From assembly GCA_951406725.2 (NCBI GenBank), contig OX597821.1:62310001-62374000 (forward strand): 64,000 nt of DNA. The letters are read 5' to 3'. This stretch comes from Octopus vulgaris (taxonomy: Eukaryota). Positions 28,166 to 40,910 of this stretch are shown here, piece by piece; positions within the stretch are counted from its first letter, which is position 1; each line of letters opens with the position of its first letter. The notes beneath the pieces are model-generated. The model searched no databases and was not told where the DNA came from. It saw only the letters and a program-made list of their open reading frames with translations. The translations under genes were made by a program, and so were the position numbers.

Positions 28166-28289
28166 TGTATGTATGGATGGATGGATGGATGGATGTACAA
28201 AAACCGGCTGAATTCTTTAATATTGCAGCTCTAAAAAAACAGGTGCCAACTATCGATTACATTAATATTCAGATGTCACAGCTGCCATA

Positions 28290-29205
28290 GATGAAAAGGG
28301 CCTGTGCTTCGCAACTGATCCTCACTATTCCCAACTATTCTCCTGAAGTTATGCAAGCAGGCTTTAGGGAAACTACTTCAGATACTTTTACAACGTTTCC
28401 TTGCAAGTGGTAAACTTCCGAAAAAGCTGGAAGCCATTATATGCCCTATCCACAAACATGGAAGCAGAGCAAAGCCAAAAGCTACAGGGCTATCTCATGG
28501 AGCAAATTATCAAAGTTGATAATCTTCTGAGAAGAAAATTACGTATTGAACAAAACAAAGCATGATTTCCGTCCAGGGAGAAGATGCCTCACACAACTCC
28601 TGCAGCACAATGACTGGGTTTTGAAACAGCTGCTTGACCATTCAAATCTCAGCGTTGTATACATTGACTTCGCGAAGGCATTTGATAAAGTAGGTCAGGG
28701 CATATGTCATAAATTACGAGACCTTTGCATTGCTGACAAATTGAAGGAGTGGCTGCATGACTTCCTTAAATGCAAAAGTCAAGTAGTTGCAGTCACTGGG
28801 GCCCTTTCTGCGGAAACTCAAATTCTAAGTGGCAACCCCCCAGGGAACTGTGCTGGGGCCATTAATATTCATAATAGCCCTCTTAGACATGCGCACGGTC
28901 ACTTGGACAGCCATTGTCACTAACTATGCTGTTGATACGAACTTATCACTGGCAATAATAAATGAAGATAACGTCGCTAGCTTCTCTGACTTCGATATGC
29001 AAGTGGGCCGAAATAAACAACATGCAGTTTAATGCTGGAAAAGTTCAAGCACTGCACTATTAACTCACGAATGCACTAGAGCTTGCACTGCAAACCCAGA
29101 TTCACTGGCAGTAAAATACTTGTACATCAGTATGTGCAATGACGCATCATTTCATTTGCACATTACCAAGATGCCAGTAGAGTACAGATGACTGGCACGC
29201 TGGAT
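28290..29205 (+). mobile_element. Decayed CR1-type LINE reverse transcriptase fragment
   Basis: HDFRPGRRCLTQLL, VVYIDFAKAFDKV, WLHDFL, PQGTVLGPLIFII and YAVDT (YADD), spread across frameshifts. Confidence 0.88.
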
Positions 29206-29639
29206 ACTATATATGTATATATAACTGCATCTAAAATTTATATCTCTTATTATAAAAGGCAGATTTTATCTGCCTCCCTTTGGGAGTTATACAAATCTAC
29301 AATATAGGATTTCTTCAATTACAATTTACCTAGCATTTTTAAGAGTACAATGCATCGCGTCATGCCAGGTCCAGTTTTTAAAATTTAAACTCCAATTAAG
29401 CAAAATTTACAGAAAACTCACATTCTGGTGTGTGTGTCAAATGCTTTTCTTAGTCTGGTTTACACCACACGCAAACGCACACACACACAAAGGGAGCGAA
29501 TTGTTTCACTGACGCTATCACCCTTCTCCTCCTTTGTCGTTGCAAGTTTGCAGCTATTAAAGTGAAAACAGTGAATCCGACAGCGATAAAGAAAACGAAT
29601 TGGTACCTGAATAGAGTGAAAATTTAAAAACTGATTCTT

Positions 29640-29876
29640 TCGGTGAGTTTTCTGAAGAAACTGGACCAAGCCACAGACTTTCCCAGAAGAGTAAAGCCTT
29701 AGACTATTTCTATTTACTTTTTCGAATGAGCCTATTTGAAATCATTACGCTAAACGTAAACAAACCGAAAGAAAGGATAGTTTGTTATTTCCCACAACCT
29801 TAAATGAAATTAAGGCCTATTTTGCCATAAATATTATTATGGGTATCAGAAAGTTACCCAGAATAACAAATTCTAT
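29640..29876 (+). pseudogene. piggyBac-type transposase fragment inside the Helitron
   Basis: FSEETGPSHRLSQKSKALDYFYLLF..LFEII, then after a frameshift YAKRKQTERKDSLLFPTTLNEIKAYFAINIIMGIRKLPRITN, matching the recalled piggyBac N-terminal pattern EikaFlgi.ilMGi.klP. Confidence 0.75.
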
Positions 29877-30334
29877 TGTAAAATTTTGTTGTATACCCAA
29901 TTGAATATTACCTAATAACCCATTTTCTATAGCGATGTTTGAACAAAATTTTAATAATTTTACAGAAAGTTACCCAGAATAACAAATTCTATCGTAAAAT
30001 GTTGTTGTATACCCAATTGAATATTAGCTAATGACCCATTTTCTATAGCGATGTTTGAACAAAATTTTAATAATTTTACAGAAAGTTACCCAGAATAACA
30101 AATTCTATCGTAAAATTTTGTTGTATACCCAATTGAATATTAGCTAATAACCCATTTTCTAAAGCGATGTTTGAACAAAATTTTAATAATTTTACAGAAA
30201 GTTACCCAGAATAACAAATTCTATCGTAAAATTTTGTTGTATACCCAATTGAATATTAGCTAATAACCCATTTTCTATAGCGACGTTTGAACAAAATTTT
30301 AATAATTTTACAGAAAGTTACCCAGAATAACAAA
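29847..30334. repeat. 116-bp minisatellite, 4 full units plus a partial unit
   Basis: cagaaagttacccagaataacaaa starts at 29847, 29963, 30079, 30195 and 30311. Confidence 0.95.
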
Positions 30335-30658
30335 CGAGCCCTTCTGGGTATTAGCGCGCGTCTACGATGAGTCTACGATTTAAAAAAAAATACCATCATA
30401 TTTTTCCATTTTAATGCATTTTTTTCGCTTTTATATAAGGGAAGTAACTCTCTAAAAATATCTACGATGTGTCAACGATTTGAAGAAAAATTTAGCTTAA
30501 TTTTTTTTCAATTTTTAATGCATTTTTTTGCTATTTTTTGGCTATAACTCTCTAAAAATGCGTATATAGTTATTTCCCTTACAATCCGAGCAACGCCGGG
30601 CGATACTGCTAGTATATATATATTTATATACATACTACGTACTAAAATTTATATATAC

Positions 30659-30722
<64 letters not shown>

Positions 30723-30725
<3 letters not shown>

Positions 30726-30888
30726 CACATGAGTGTCTGTGTGATAAGTAGCTTGCTTACCAACCACATGGTTCCAGATTCAGTCCCACTGCGTGACACC
30801 TTGGGGAAGTGTCTTCTACTATAGCTTCGGGCCGACGAAAGCCTTGTGAGTGGATTTGTTTGACGAAAACTGAAAGAAGTCCGTCGTA

Positions 30889-30925
<37 letters not shown>

Positions 30926-31128
30926 GGTGTGTATGTTTATTTGTCTGTGTTTGTATAAATCCCCCGACATCGGTTGACAACCGATGCTGGTGTGTTTACA
31001 TCCTCGTAACTTAGCGGTTCGGCAAAAGACTCTGATACAATAAGTACTAGGCTTACAAAGAATAATTCCTGGGGGCGATTTTCTCGGCTAAAGGCAGTCC
31101 TCCAGATAAATGAGTAAAAGACTAAAAA

Positions 31129-31176
<48 letters not shown>

Positions 31177-31374
31177 GTGTGCATATGTTTATTTGTCTGT
31201 GTTTGTCCCCCGACATCGGTTGACAACCGATGCTGGTGTGTTTACATCCTCGTAACTTAGCGGTTCGGCAAAAGACTCTGATACAATAAGTACTAGGCTT
31301 ACAAAGAATAAGTCCTGGGGGCGATTTTCTCGGCTAAAGGCAGTGCTCCAGATAAATGAGTAAAAGACTAAAAA

Positions 31375-31376
<2 letters not shown>
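30723..31376 (+). mobile_element. CORE-type tRNA SINE with duplicated 3-prime tail
   Basis: Head has ggttccagattcagtccc, gtgacaccttggggaagtg and ccttgtgagtggatttg, followed by an internal TA tract. The ~200-bp tail occurs twice (about 30925-31130 and 31175-31376). Confidence 0.8.
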
Positions 31377-31408
<32 letters not shown>

Positions 31409-32301
31409 TGCATGCATAATGTACGTATGTATATGTGTGTGTGTGTGAATATATATAAATCTCTCTCTCTATCTATCTATATATATATATATACAGTGTA
31501 TGTATAATGTACATATATGCATACAAATGTGCAGGTGTTTGAAGCCACATATTAATGCATATATACACACATTTATACATACTTATGCATATTCATATAT
31601 GTATTCATATGCAAGGACATACACACACAGATACACGTACACCCATCCACAGATACACGTACACCCCCACACAGACACATGTACAACCCCACACACATAC
31701 ACACATATATATTTCTATGTGTGCATATATGTATACTTAAAGAGTAATTCCATTTAGCAGCATGTGTTTTTTAATAAGCAAGGGAATTCTTTGCCAACAA
31801 CATATTGCTAAATAATTAAGGTATTACACCACCTGAACGTTTTCCTCAAATGCCATTATAAATATTTTAATGGTGGAATTAATTATCGACATATTATATT
31901 TCGTGTTTTACAAATTTATTACTAAGCATAAATCATTCAAGCCATAATACGATTTCGTGTGAAATTAAAATATTTAATTTTATTTTTTCCCTTTAAAATT
32001 GGTTATTTTGCTTATTATTTCTTTCTGTTACGTTCGATGGAATTTTACGAAATAAATAACATTAAAATTGTTTCCTTAATAAATTTCTTTCGGGAGGAAG
32101 AACATCATGGTGTAAAGTAATGATGTTTGCTTTTAATTTCAATCTATATTGTTAAGTAAGGTGCAGAGATGAATGTAAATCACAAAGAGAAAACTTAACG
32201 ATGTCACATTCTATAATATACACATATACTTACCTATACGCACATATATATATATATATATATAAATTTATAAGTATGTATGTATTTATATATGCACATA
32301 C

Positions 32302-32347
<46 letters not shown>

Positions 32348-33479
32348 GTATACATGTGTGTGTGTCTGTGTGTATATACATGTGTTTGTGCTTTCTGTTT
32401 AGATAAATTGGGCCCTTTTTTGAGATTTCCAGTGGCATCAGGTGGGTGCAAACACTTATGAACCACTATCTTTCCCAGGTCAACTCAAGGCCGGAAAATA
32501 GCACTTTAAAAATGGTGAAGCTATACATGGAAACAGTCCATCTGGGAACGTAGATATATACCCGTGGTTGGTGTTAGAGCACTCAGTAAAACCACTGGTA
32601 TTGACGACTCCTGTGGCAGTTGGCACAGCAATACTTCTAGAAGTGGAGCATTCGAATGCAAATCTTGTTTCTACGTGAATATTATTCCTCACCCATCGGC
32701 CTGTCTCTAGGTGTGAATAAAGGAGATTTAGAGTGCGGTACTCGTACTGTACGAGCAGTTATCACCCCAAACGAATGGTGTACAGATATCTCTTTATGGT
32801 GACCAAATCTCTCATTCCAACTACTGAAAATGCTATTGCTATAGAAGAGTGGCGACGTGTGCAGAACTAACCTCTTGGAAGCGCTCAGTCCAACAAGACT
32901 TTTATCTGTTTCCTTTGCTTCAAATAATGTAAATCTGCCACATGACTAAAAAGTCATCTAGGTGGTCTCGGATGGAAAATCAACAAGGCGATTTGACAAG
33001 GAGAGCGCACAAGAAATTACTTGGGAACTGTGAAAATGGAGCAGTTATCATATTTATATTTTTATGCGGATGTATATATGTGTGTATATGCGTGCGTTCG
33101 AGTGTTACTTGTACGTAGAAGCATGAACTCACCCAGAATATAAAACGTAAAATGCTTGGTTAGTATCAATATATTTCATAGGAAGCAATGAATCCATTAA
33201 AATAGACGCTGTTACTTTCAAAGTTACATCAAAGGCTTGTTAGTAACACGGTTTAGTCACTAGAAAAATGCTCACAACGATAGCAAAAAGGTTGTATGTG
33301 AGATGGTATTAGCTACAGTGATGTTGCTGTAGATTTTAGTGGTGATAACATGGTAGTACAGGGTTTGGGTTCCGATTGTTGCAGTTAGTTGTGACGGAGC
33401 TTCATATTCTGATGGTAGCCATTGCAGTAGTATTTACAATAATGGTTTCAGAGTTTTCCACAGGGCCGGCCGTTTTTGA

Positions 33480-33620
33480 AGAGAGGGGGGAAAACGGACT
33501 GGTATTTATTTTACATGCCCAGAAAAGACGAAAGGCAACCTCGGCAGAATTTTAAATCAGAGCGTAAAGACGGGTGATACGTCGCTAAGCATTTTGTCCG
33601 GAGTGCTAAGGGTCATGTCG
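33480..33620 (-). mobile_element. Degenerate Deu/Nin-like SINE
   Basis: ctggtatttatttt..gacgaaaggcaacctcggcagaattttaaatcagagcgtaaagacggg..cgctaagcattttgtccgg. Confidence 0.6.
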
Positions 33621-34088
33621 GATCGCTGCTTTAGAAGCTGTGCTGATAATGGCAATACACACGATGGAGGCATTGATAAAGATTGTGGTGGAGTTGGCGG
33701 CGGTAGTGATTTATATATGCTAGTAATAATACTGGCCTATTTCCTTTGTCAAGAAGTATACGATGAAACTACCTTCTATCTGCCGATATCGCAAACTTGC
33801 TAAAGAAACCGGAATTTTTCATTGGCATTGTTCTTTGAACAATTCTTTGGTTTATAATCTGCTGCCGCTTTTCATGTAAAACAATAGTGTGCTACACCTC
33901 CTATTTCGACACATCGGCAAAACCCATTTAGATTCCAGTGCAGACAACAGGAATTATCTTAGAGCTATGCAAAGAAGGTTGCAACTTTGGAGAATTTATT
34001 AGCTAGCGGCTTTGCATGACTGTACTACATATATATAATTCATACACGCAGACTCACATAGGTGTATGTATCTTTGTATATACATCTC

Positions 34089-34145
<57 letters not shown>

Positions 34146-34168
34146 TATATATAAATATACAAATATAA

Positions 34169-34214
<46 letters not shown>

Positions 34215-36390
34215 ATATCATACATATAGATATATTATTTTTAGTTTTGTTTGATCATGAATATAAGTATGTTCTCAGTTTTCTATGCAACCATAGAAAT
34301 ATGGTTTTATATAAATGAAATAAATATTTTATCATATGTAGTTTTTATGTAGAAGTATAGAAAGACAGAACGAGATATCAAGCAGAATATGCTCCTTTCC
34401 TTATAGGGTTTCGTGGATGTTAGGAAGGAGAATATTAATATCTGAAAAAAAAAAGTTTAAATATTGTTCACATAAATATAAACGCGTTCATTAAGTTCTA
34501 AGTGTGAAGTAGTTTTATGCGTAATAGATATCGCTGCTTCTAACTGTTTTAGAGTTCATCAAAGAAGTAGAGATTTCTTTTTGTCCTTGCTTGGTTATTC
34601 AATGCAAAACACCGAATATTCACCTACTACACTCTAGTTACCGAGATGCTATCAAATGTTACTCCATCCTCTGATATCTTTTCCTAATACTACCAGCATT
34701 CACTCTCACTCGTACCTCCTCGCCGAACTCTATCACTCAAGAAAAGTCACCCACATATCCAAGCTATTTCTATTGAATTTCTCCTTTTAACCCAGCAGTG
34801 TCCTGACTGCGTTGTATAAAAAATTTGTCATTTAAGAAAATTACAAATTTTTGTTAAATATGTATCACTAGCGTCTCTTGAGATTCGGAATGCAGCTCAA
34901 GTTTTGCTTAGCACCAGTAAGAAATAGTCAAATTAATGCAACAAAAGTAATATTTTGTTATATAAACCAAGTGCAAAGATTTTCATGCATTAAATATGTG
35001 ACATAGTTATACTCTCCTGCCAAAGGGAGCACTATTGAAATATTTTGCAGCTGAAATGGTACAAATCATGTATCAAGCATTGGTTTTCTCTTTCACTTTC
35101 TGTTCCCATATCTTAGAATTTATTGTGACCGCTACTGCCCATATATCATGTTCATACGTTTACCCGATTCATCACTGTACATAAATTTACTACAGCCATA
35201 TATCTTTACATATTTGTTCCTAACACTAGTCAGGTTCAGGTGCAAAATATGTTGGAAGCTTTGCTGTATGCCGGATGTGAATGACTACTTTTTACGAAGA
35301 CAAAATGTTTAAAACACTCGACTCATTGGTGCACGGCATTCTGGGATAGTGGTGTTCCGACATGCTGTGGTGAATCAGACAGGAGTAGCTGTGACTCGGA
35401 TCCATTAAAAAGACAATGGCTTTGTTTATAACATCAGCTAACAAATTCTTTACTGATAGGTATTTATATTTATCGACCGATAAAAACTCATTCTTTGTAC
35501 CGTATATTGCGAGTTCTGAAATGATTATGGCATATCAATTCTCAACTTGTCTAAGGATGGCACAGATGCAAAATATGTTGGTCGTTATAATAACGTCTCC
35601 CTTTTACAACTGTATGTCCAAAACATTTGGCTCATTGCCGCACGGCATTTTGGGACACCGGTGTCTCAACTTGTGTCTGGACAACTACAAAAAAAGAATA
35701 AATATATAAATTATTAAACGGAACTCTGAGCCTAAATAAAGGCACTGTCTTTTCTTACAATGTACGCAACAGTGAGCAACAAAGTTTGTGTCTGAACCTT
35801 CCTAGACGTGTTAATAATAAATATGCGAATAATATTTACAGATGTTGATGTACACGCGGTAAATAAGACGTTTTCGAATATTCTTTCCTTCCTTTATCTC
35901 TTATTATAAAAGGCAGATCTTATCTGCCTCCCTTTGGGAGTTATACAAATCTACAATATAGGATTTCTTCAATTACAATTTACCTGGCATTTTTAAGAGT
36001 ACAATGCATCGCGTCATGCCAGGTCCAGTTTTTAATATTTTAAACTCCAATTAAGCAAAATTTACAGAAAACTCACATTCTGGTGTGTGTGTCAAATGCT
36101 TTTCTTAGTCTGGTTTACACCACACGCAAACGCACGCACACAGTGGGCAACGAATAAAATGAAACTAATTCACTTACTGTAGTGAGTGATTCTTTCACTC
36201 TGCCTCCCACTTCTTCTTTCCACACATACACACGCAAATATATAAATAAAATTGTAAGCTAACGTGCGTGTGTGTGTGTGTGTGTGCGCGTGTGTGTGTG
36301 TGTGACGGTGCGTGTGTGTGTGTGTGTGTGTGAGTGTGTGACAGGAAAGTTTTTTTAGACGAATATAACACCTATATCCAAGTAGCAGAA

Positions 36391-36579
36391 AGATAAGACA
36401 GTAAGGTGTGATTTGAGGGAGATTTGGCTGCTATTTCTACCATGTCTAGCTGCCATGTAGGGGTCTCCCTCATAGGCTCATACATACATATTTACATAGA
36501 TAAGACAGTAAGGTGTGATTTGGGGGAAATTTTGCTGCTATTTCTACCAGGTCTAGCTACCATGTAGAGGTCCCCCTCA
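36391..36579. repeat. Direct duplication of an ~82-bp unit
   Basis: agataagacagtaaggtgtgatttg...gctgctatttctacc...ccctca at 36391 and 36498. Confidence 0.85.
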
Positions 36580-36878
36580 ATTCTTTTATTCTTCTGCTTT
36601 TTCCAGCCATTGCTCTGTGGCCATGCTGGGGCAATGCCTTGAAGAATTGTAGTTTAATGAATCAACTCCAGTTTTATTTTTGTAAGCATTGTACTTATTC
36701 TATCTGTTTCCTTTGTCAAACCACTAGGTGACAGGGATGTAAACAAACCAACATTCGTTGTCAAGCAGTAGTAGAGGACAATCACAAGCACAGACACGCA
36801 CACACACACATACATGCATACACATATACACACATACATACATACATACATATATATATATATGTGTGTATATATATA

Positions 36879-37137
36879 TTGCAGCGTGGAAGGTGTTTGT
36901 AAGCCATTTAAGAAACACACAAAAACCGTTACATTCACTTCAACATTTAAATTTAATTTGCCAAAATATTTTCGTCGCTTTGAGACCGCGACCTGTTCAC
37001 TGACAAAAATATCGTGCTAAAAGGTCGCGGTCTCAAAGCGACGAAAATATTTTGACAAATTTAATTTAAATGTTGAAGTGAATCTAACGGTTTTTGTGTG
37101 TTTCTTAAATGGCTTATAAACACCTTCAACGCTGCAA
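36879..37137. repeat. Long inverted repeat, 116-bp arms with a 27-nt spacer
   Basis: 36879-36994 is the near-perfect reverse complement of 37022-37137. TA-rich tracts flank the unit. Confidence 0.92.
36957..37007 (-). ncRNA. Hammerhead-architecture motif with variant core GUGAACA
   Basis: Minus strand: tttgtca GTGAACA g gtcgc-ggtctcaaa-gcgac GAAA atat T T tggcaaa. This gives a 7-bp stem I (one G-U), a 5-bp stem II and a palindromic AATATT stem III. Confidence 0.55.
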
Positions 37138-37899
37138 CTGTTTTCGTTCCAGCACACGATCTCAGATCAAGTCACTTGCTATGCAAGTACATCTCTGTAA
37201 CTATATATATATTTATATATATATATATGTATATTGGTAAAAACAGTAAGATAACAAAAGAAAGAAAGAGACCTCAATATTATGTAAATAGAGGAAATCT
37301 TTATATATAAAAGTGAGGTTGTGTGTCTGTCTCCTACGATTTAGATTCCTAACTACTCCCACATTTTGCGGTGCAGTTTAACCAAAACCGGGTATCTTAT
37401 AGTCGTGATTCATATCGAGACCGTCTGGGTATTAGCGCGCGTCTACGATGAGTCTACGATTTAAAAAAAAATTTACCATCAATTTTTCCCATTTTTAATC
37501 CATTTTTGACATATATAAGGGAAGTAACTCTCTAAAATTTATTATTAAATCTCAGAACGTAAAAAGCTACAGTAACACCCCTCCCCCTTTGTGGTTAGCC
37601 ATATTGAGATGGCTATTATACTTTACATCTCTAAAAATGCTTATATAATTATTTCCCTTACAAACCCGAGCAACGCCGGGCGATACTGCTAGTCAGTAAT
37701 AAATTCATTTCTGTTTTCATTTATAGCCATACCTTTAAAGAGGCCCGTCTATATATGAATGAACTAGTTTAGGCATCAATCCGCGTGATCTAGTTTCAGC
37801 GACAATCCGGCAGGAAAAAATGGCTTAAAACTTTCACTCAGCTTTCATGTTTCCAACACATGGTTTTTCTCCGCACATACGCTACACTTGATATATCTT

Positions 37900-38320
37900 A
37901 TTTCTTATTTCTTTATTACCCACAAGGGGCTAAACACAGAGGGGACAAACAAGGACAGACAAACGGATTAAGTCGATTACATCGACCCCAGTGCATAACT
38001 GGTACTTATTTAATGGACCCCGAAAGGTTGAAAGGCAAAGTCAACCTCGGCGAAATTTAAACTCAGAACGTAGTGGCAGACGAAATACCTATTTCTTTAC
38101 TACCCACAAGGGGCTAAACACAGAGAAGATAAACAAGGACAGACAAATGGATTAAGTCGATTATATCGACCCCAGTGCGTAACTGGTAATTAATTTATCG
38201 ACTCCGAAAGGATGAAAGGCAAAGTCGACCTCGGCGGAAGTGAGCTCAGAACGTAACGGCAGACAAAATACGGCTACGCATTTCGCCCGGTGTGCTAACG
38301 TTTCTGCCAGCTCGCCGCCT
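37900..38320 (-). mobile_element. Tandem pair of Deu/Nin-like SINEs
   Basis: Two head-to-tail copies (about 37900-38090 and 38090-38320). gatatatc occurs on both flanks. Confidence 0.85.
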
Positions 38321-39256
38321 TTAGATATATCCTTGATATATCTGGCCATTGATCTCCACTTCTCCACTTATGTATCTATATTCCCCCTGATAAACTCGGG
38401 CATAGCTATTAAGTTAAAAAAATGTACTTTACATCCTCGTGGCTTTAGATTCAGCTCCACGAGTAGTAACTTGGGCTATTGTCTTCTACTACAGCACTGC
38501 ATCGACCAATTACCATGAAATTTATAAAGATAGGTAACACATTATTGTAATATGTATTCCACCGAAATGAAATATTTGCCTGCTTCTTCTCACGCTAAAA
38601 ATGCAGGAAGAGATAGTATCCACGACATTTGCTAGCTCTCCAAGACATATATATCCCTTTCTTTCAAATGCAGTGGGTCATCACGTGTATGAGAAGGGGA
38701 AATCTCTAAATGGGAGGGGCTTAAATACTTGTAAGTACTGGATAAATTGAAACAAAAGAAGTGACGAGGGGGGAATCAGATTGTCAGGAATACATACACA
38801 CATGCACGCACACACATATATACGTCACACACAAACACCACGAAGAGGCGTCATACACTAGCACGTACAGTAAGCACACACACACACACATACACATACA
38901 CACACATACACATACACATACACACATTCACACATACAAAGCCGGTTTGCCTAATAATTGTGTATTCCAGCAAATTCGGGAGCAAATAAGCTAGGCGCTA
39001 TTACGTATATCACGTAAAAAAAAATTTCTCCTATTTACGATGCCAGTGTGTTCGTAACACACTCGGATCATTGGTGCAAATTATTTTCATGAGTGTATCA
39101 GTGTTTCGACAGTCTTTGGTGCATTATTGCGGACTAGTGTATGTATGTCATTGTTCAGTTTTATTTCTACGTATGTATGTATCTATGTATGTATGTATAT
39201 AAGTATATACGTACCTACGTATGTAAATGTGTGTATATATATATATATATACATAC

Positions 39257-39290
<34 letters not shown>

Positions 39291-39344
39291 ATGTATATAT
39301 ATATATATACATATATATACATATATATATATATATACATACAT

Positions 39345-39393
<49 letters not shown>

Positions 39394-39408
39394 CACAAGT
39401 GCATATGG

Positions 39409-39463
<55 letters not shown>

Positions 39464-40724
39464 AATATATGCATGTAATCAAGTCTGGACGTATAAGGGT
39501 ATGTATGCACATATAACTACGCTTCATTATGCATAGTATAAGTGCTAACGCATGCAGACAATTATCGTCAAGTCTGTTTTTCTCAGCATTTACGCTTACA
39601 TATATATTTCACAGCAGATATAGACCAAACAAAATAAGTGCTGCATATTAGAACTGAATATCAACGTATTAAATTTATATTCGTTAAAATATATAATTTT
39701 TCAAAATTTTTCTTATTTTCCTTATTTTTCTGTAAATATTATTTTACATTAAAGTAAATAAGCGTCAAAAACAATCATTTCTAATACAGAAAATAAGAAA
39801 TGAGTTTAAAATCCGACAATCCTTCGATATTTAGAGATTAATTATAGAAAATAAACGTTGAAATTTACAAGCGCTTCTGGGCTTCAGATTAAACTAATCA
39901 GAAGTAAATTATTTAAAACCATTTTTATAGATTTATGGCACAGATATGCATATAAGAAGAAAGAAAGAAATATATCATTACATTTGTCATTATTGTGATT
40001 ATTTCGTTTCTTAAAATAGAGAAAATTTACAAGATTTTATTACGAATACTTAAAATAAATTCAAATCATATTTAATCGAAAAATAGAAAAAGGAATGAAT
40101 TTTAAAATTATTTTATATTTGTGTATTCCATATTTTTGTCAGTTACCTGTTGGTTTATTATGTCAGGTATTTTCACTATACAATTTCCACAGACATTTTT
40201 TTTAATAAGTCGCGTTTATATAAAGGAAGAAAAAAAAAACATAAATTAGCATTGCCTCTGAATTTACATGTAAATTTTGAAAATATACCTTCCGAATGCT
40301 AAGTAATATGATTTCAGCATTTGATTTCATGCCTAAATGTTTATCGTTATAAAATTGGAGAATATGGGAAAACTGCATCTGTTTTAGAAATGTTGATACC
40401 ATTTAAAGCAATTAATTATACCTGCTTGTATTTTCACATAAACCAGTTCAGATATATTCATCATGCAAGCTGAGCATGTTGGAATATTTATCGTAAAGTA
40501 CATATTGCAAAAACATAATGCATTTAACTTTGGAACAAAGAAGATTCTTCTATAATTTTATTATTTATTTCATGTAAATGCATAAATCACGTAAACGTAT
40601 TTTAAATATGATTTTATTACTGATAGGAAACGAACGAAATCGTTCAATCGTTAAATACGTAATTAGGAACTAACACACAACGCAGTAGTGAAATACACGC
40701 ATGCGCAGATATATATTTATATAT

Positions 40725-40865
40725 GTGGTTAGGAGTTTGTATCACCCCTGTCACGTAGTTCCAGGTTCAGTCCTACCAAATGACTTGGGCAAGTGTCATC
40801 TACAATTGCTGGTCACTAGTTAGCCTTGTGAATTGATTTGGTGTACAGGCGTTGAAAGACGTTCG

Positions 40866-40870
<5 letters not shown>
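40725..40870 (+). mobile_element. Degenerate CORE-type SINE head
   Basis: gtggttaggagtttg..gttccaggttcagtcc..ttgggcaagtgtc..ccttgtgaattgatttgg, followed by (TA)n. Confidence 0.65.

Positions 40871-40910
<40 letters not shown>

Larger units (their letters stand above)
29243..30612 (+). mobile_element. Non-autonomous Helitron with captured sequence
   Basis: 5-prime a|TC, 3-prime GC-rich hairpin-like ccgagcaacgccggg then CTAG|t. The 5-prime ~240 bp is shared with 35897 and the 3-prime end with 37425-37692 and 61261. Confidence 0.8.
35897..37692 (+). mobile_element. Composite Helitron (same 5-prime family as 29243, nested second start at 37298)
   Basis: a|TCtcttattataaaaggcag start nearly identical to 29243 for ~245 bp. 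A second a|TCtttatatataaaag start lies at 37298. The end is hairpin cccgagcaacgccggg plus CTAG|t at 37689-37692. Confidence 0.65.

Noticed and set aside
29847-30334. Regular repeats as a CRISPR array
   Set aside because: The units repeat in full with no unique spacers, the context is eukaryotic and there are no cas genes.
32400-33030. Higher-complexity block with short ORFs on both strands
   Set aside because: No splice-bounded frame or clear motif. Probably an old repeat that I cannot assign.
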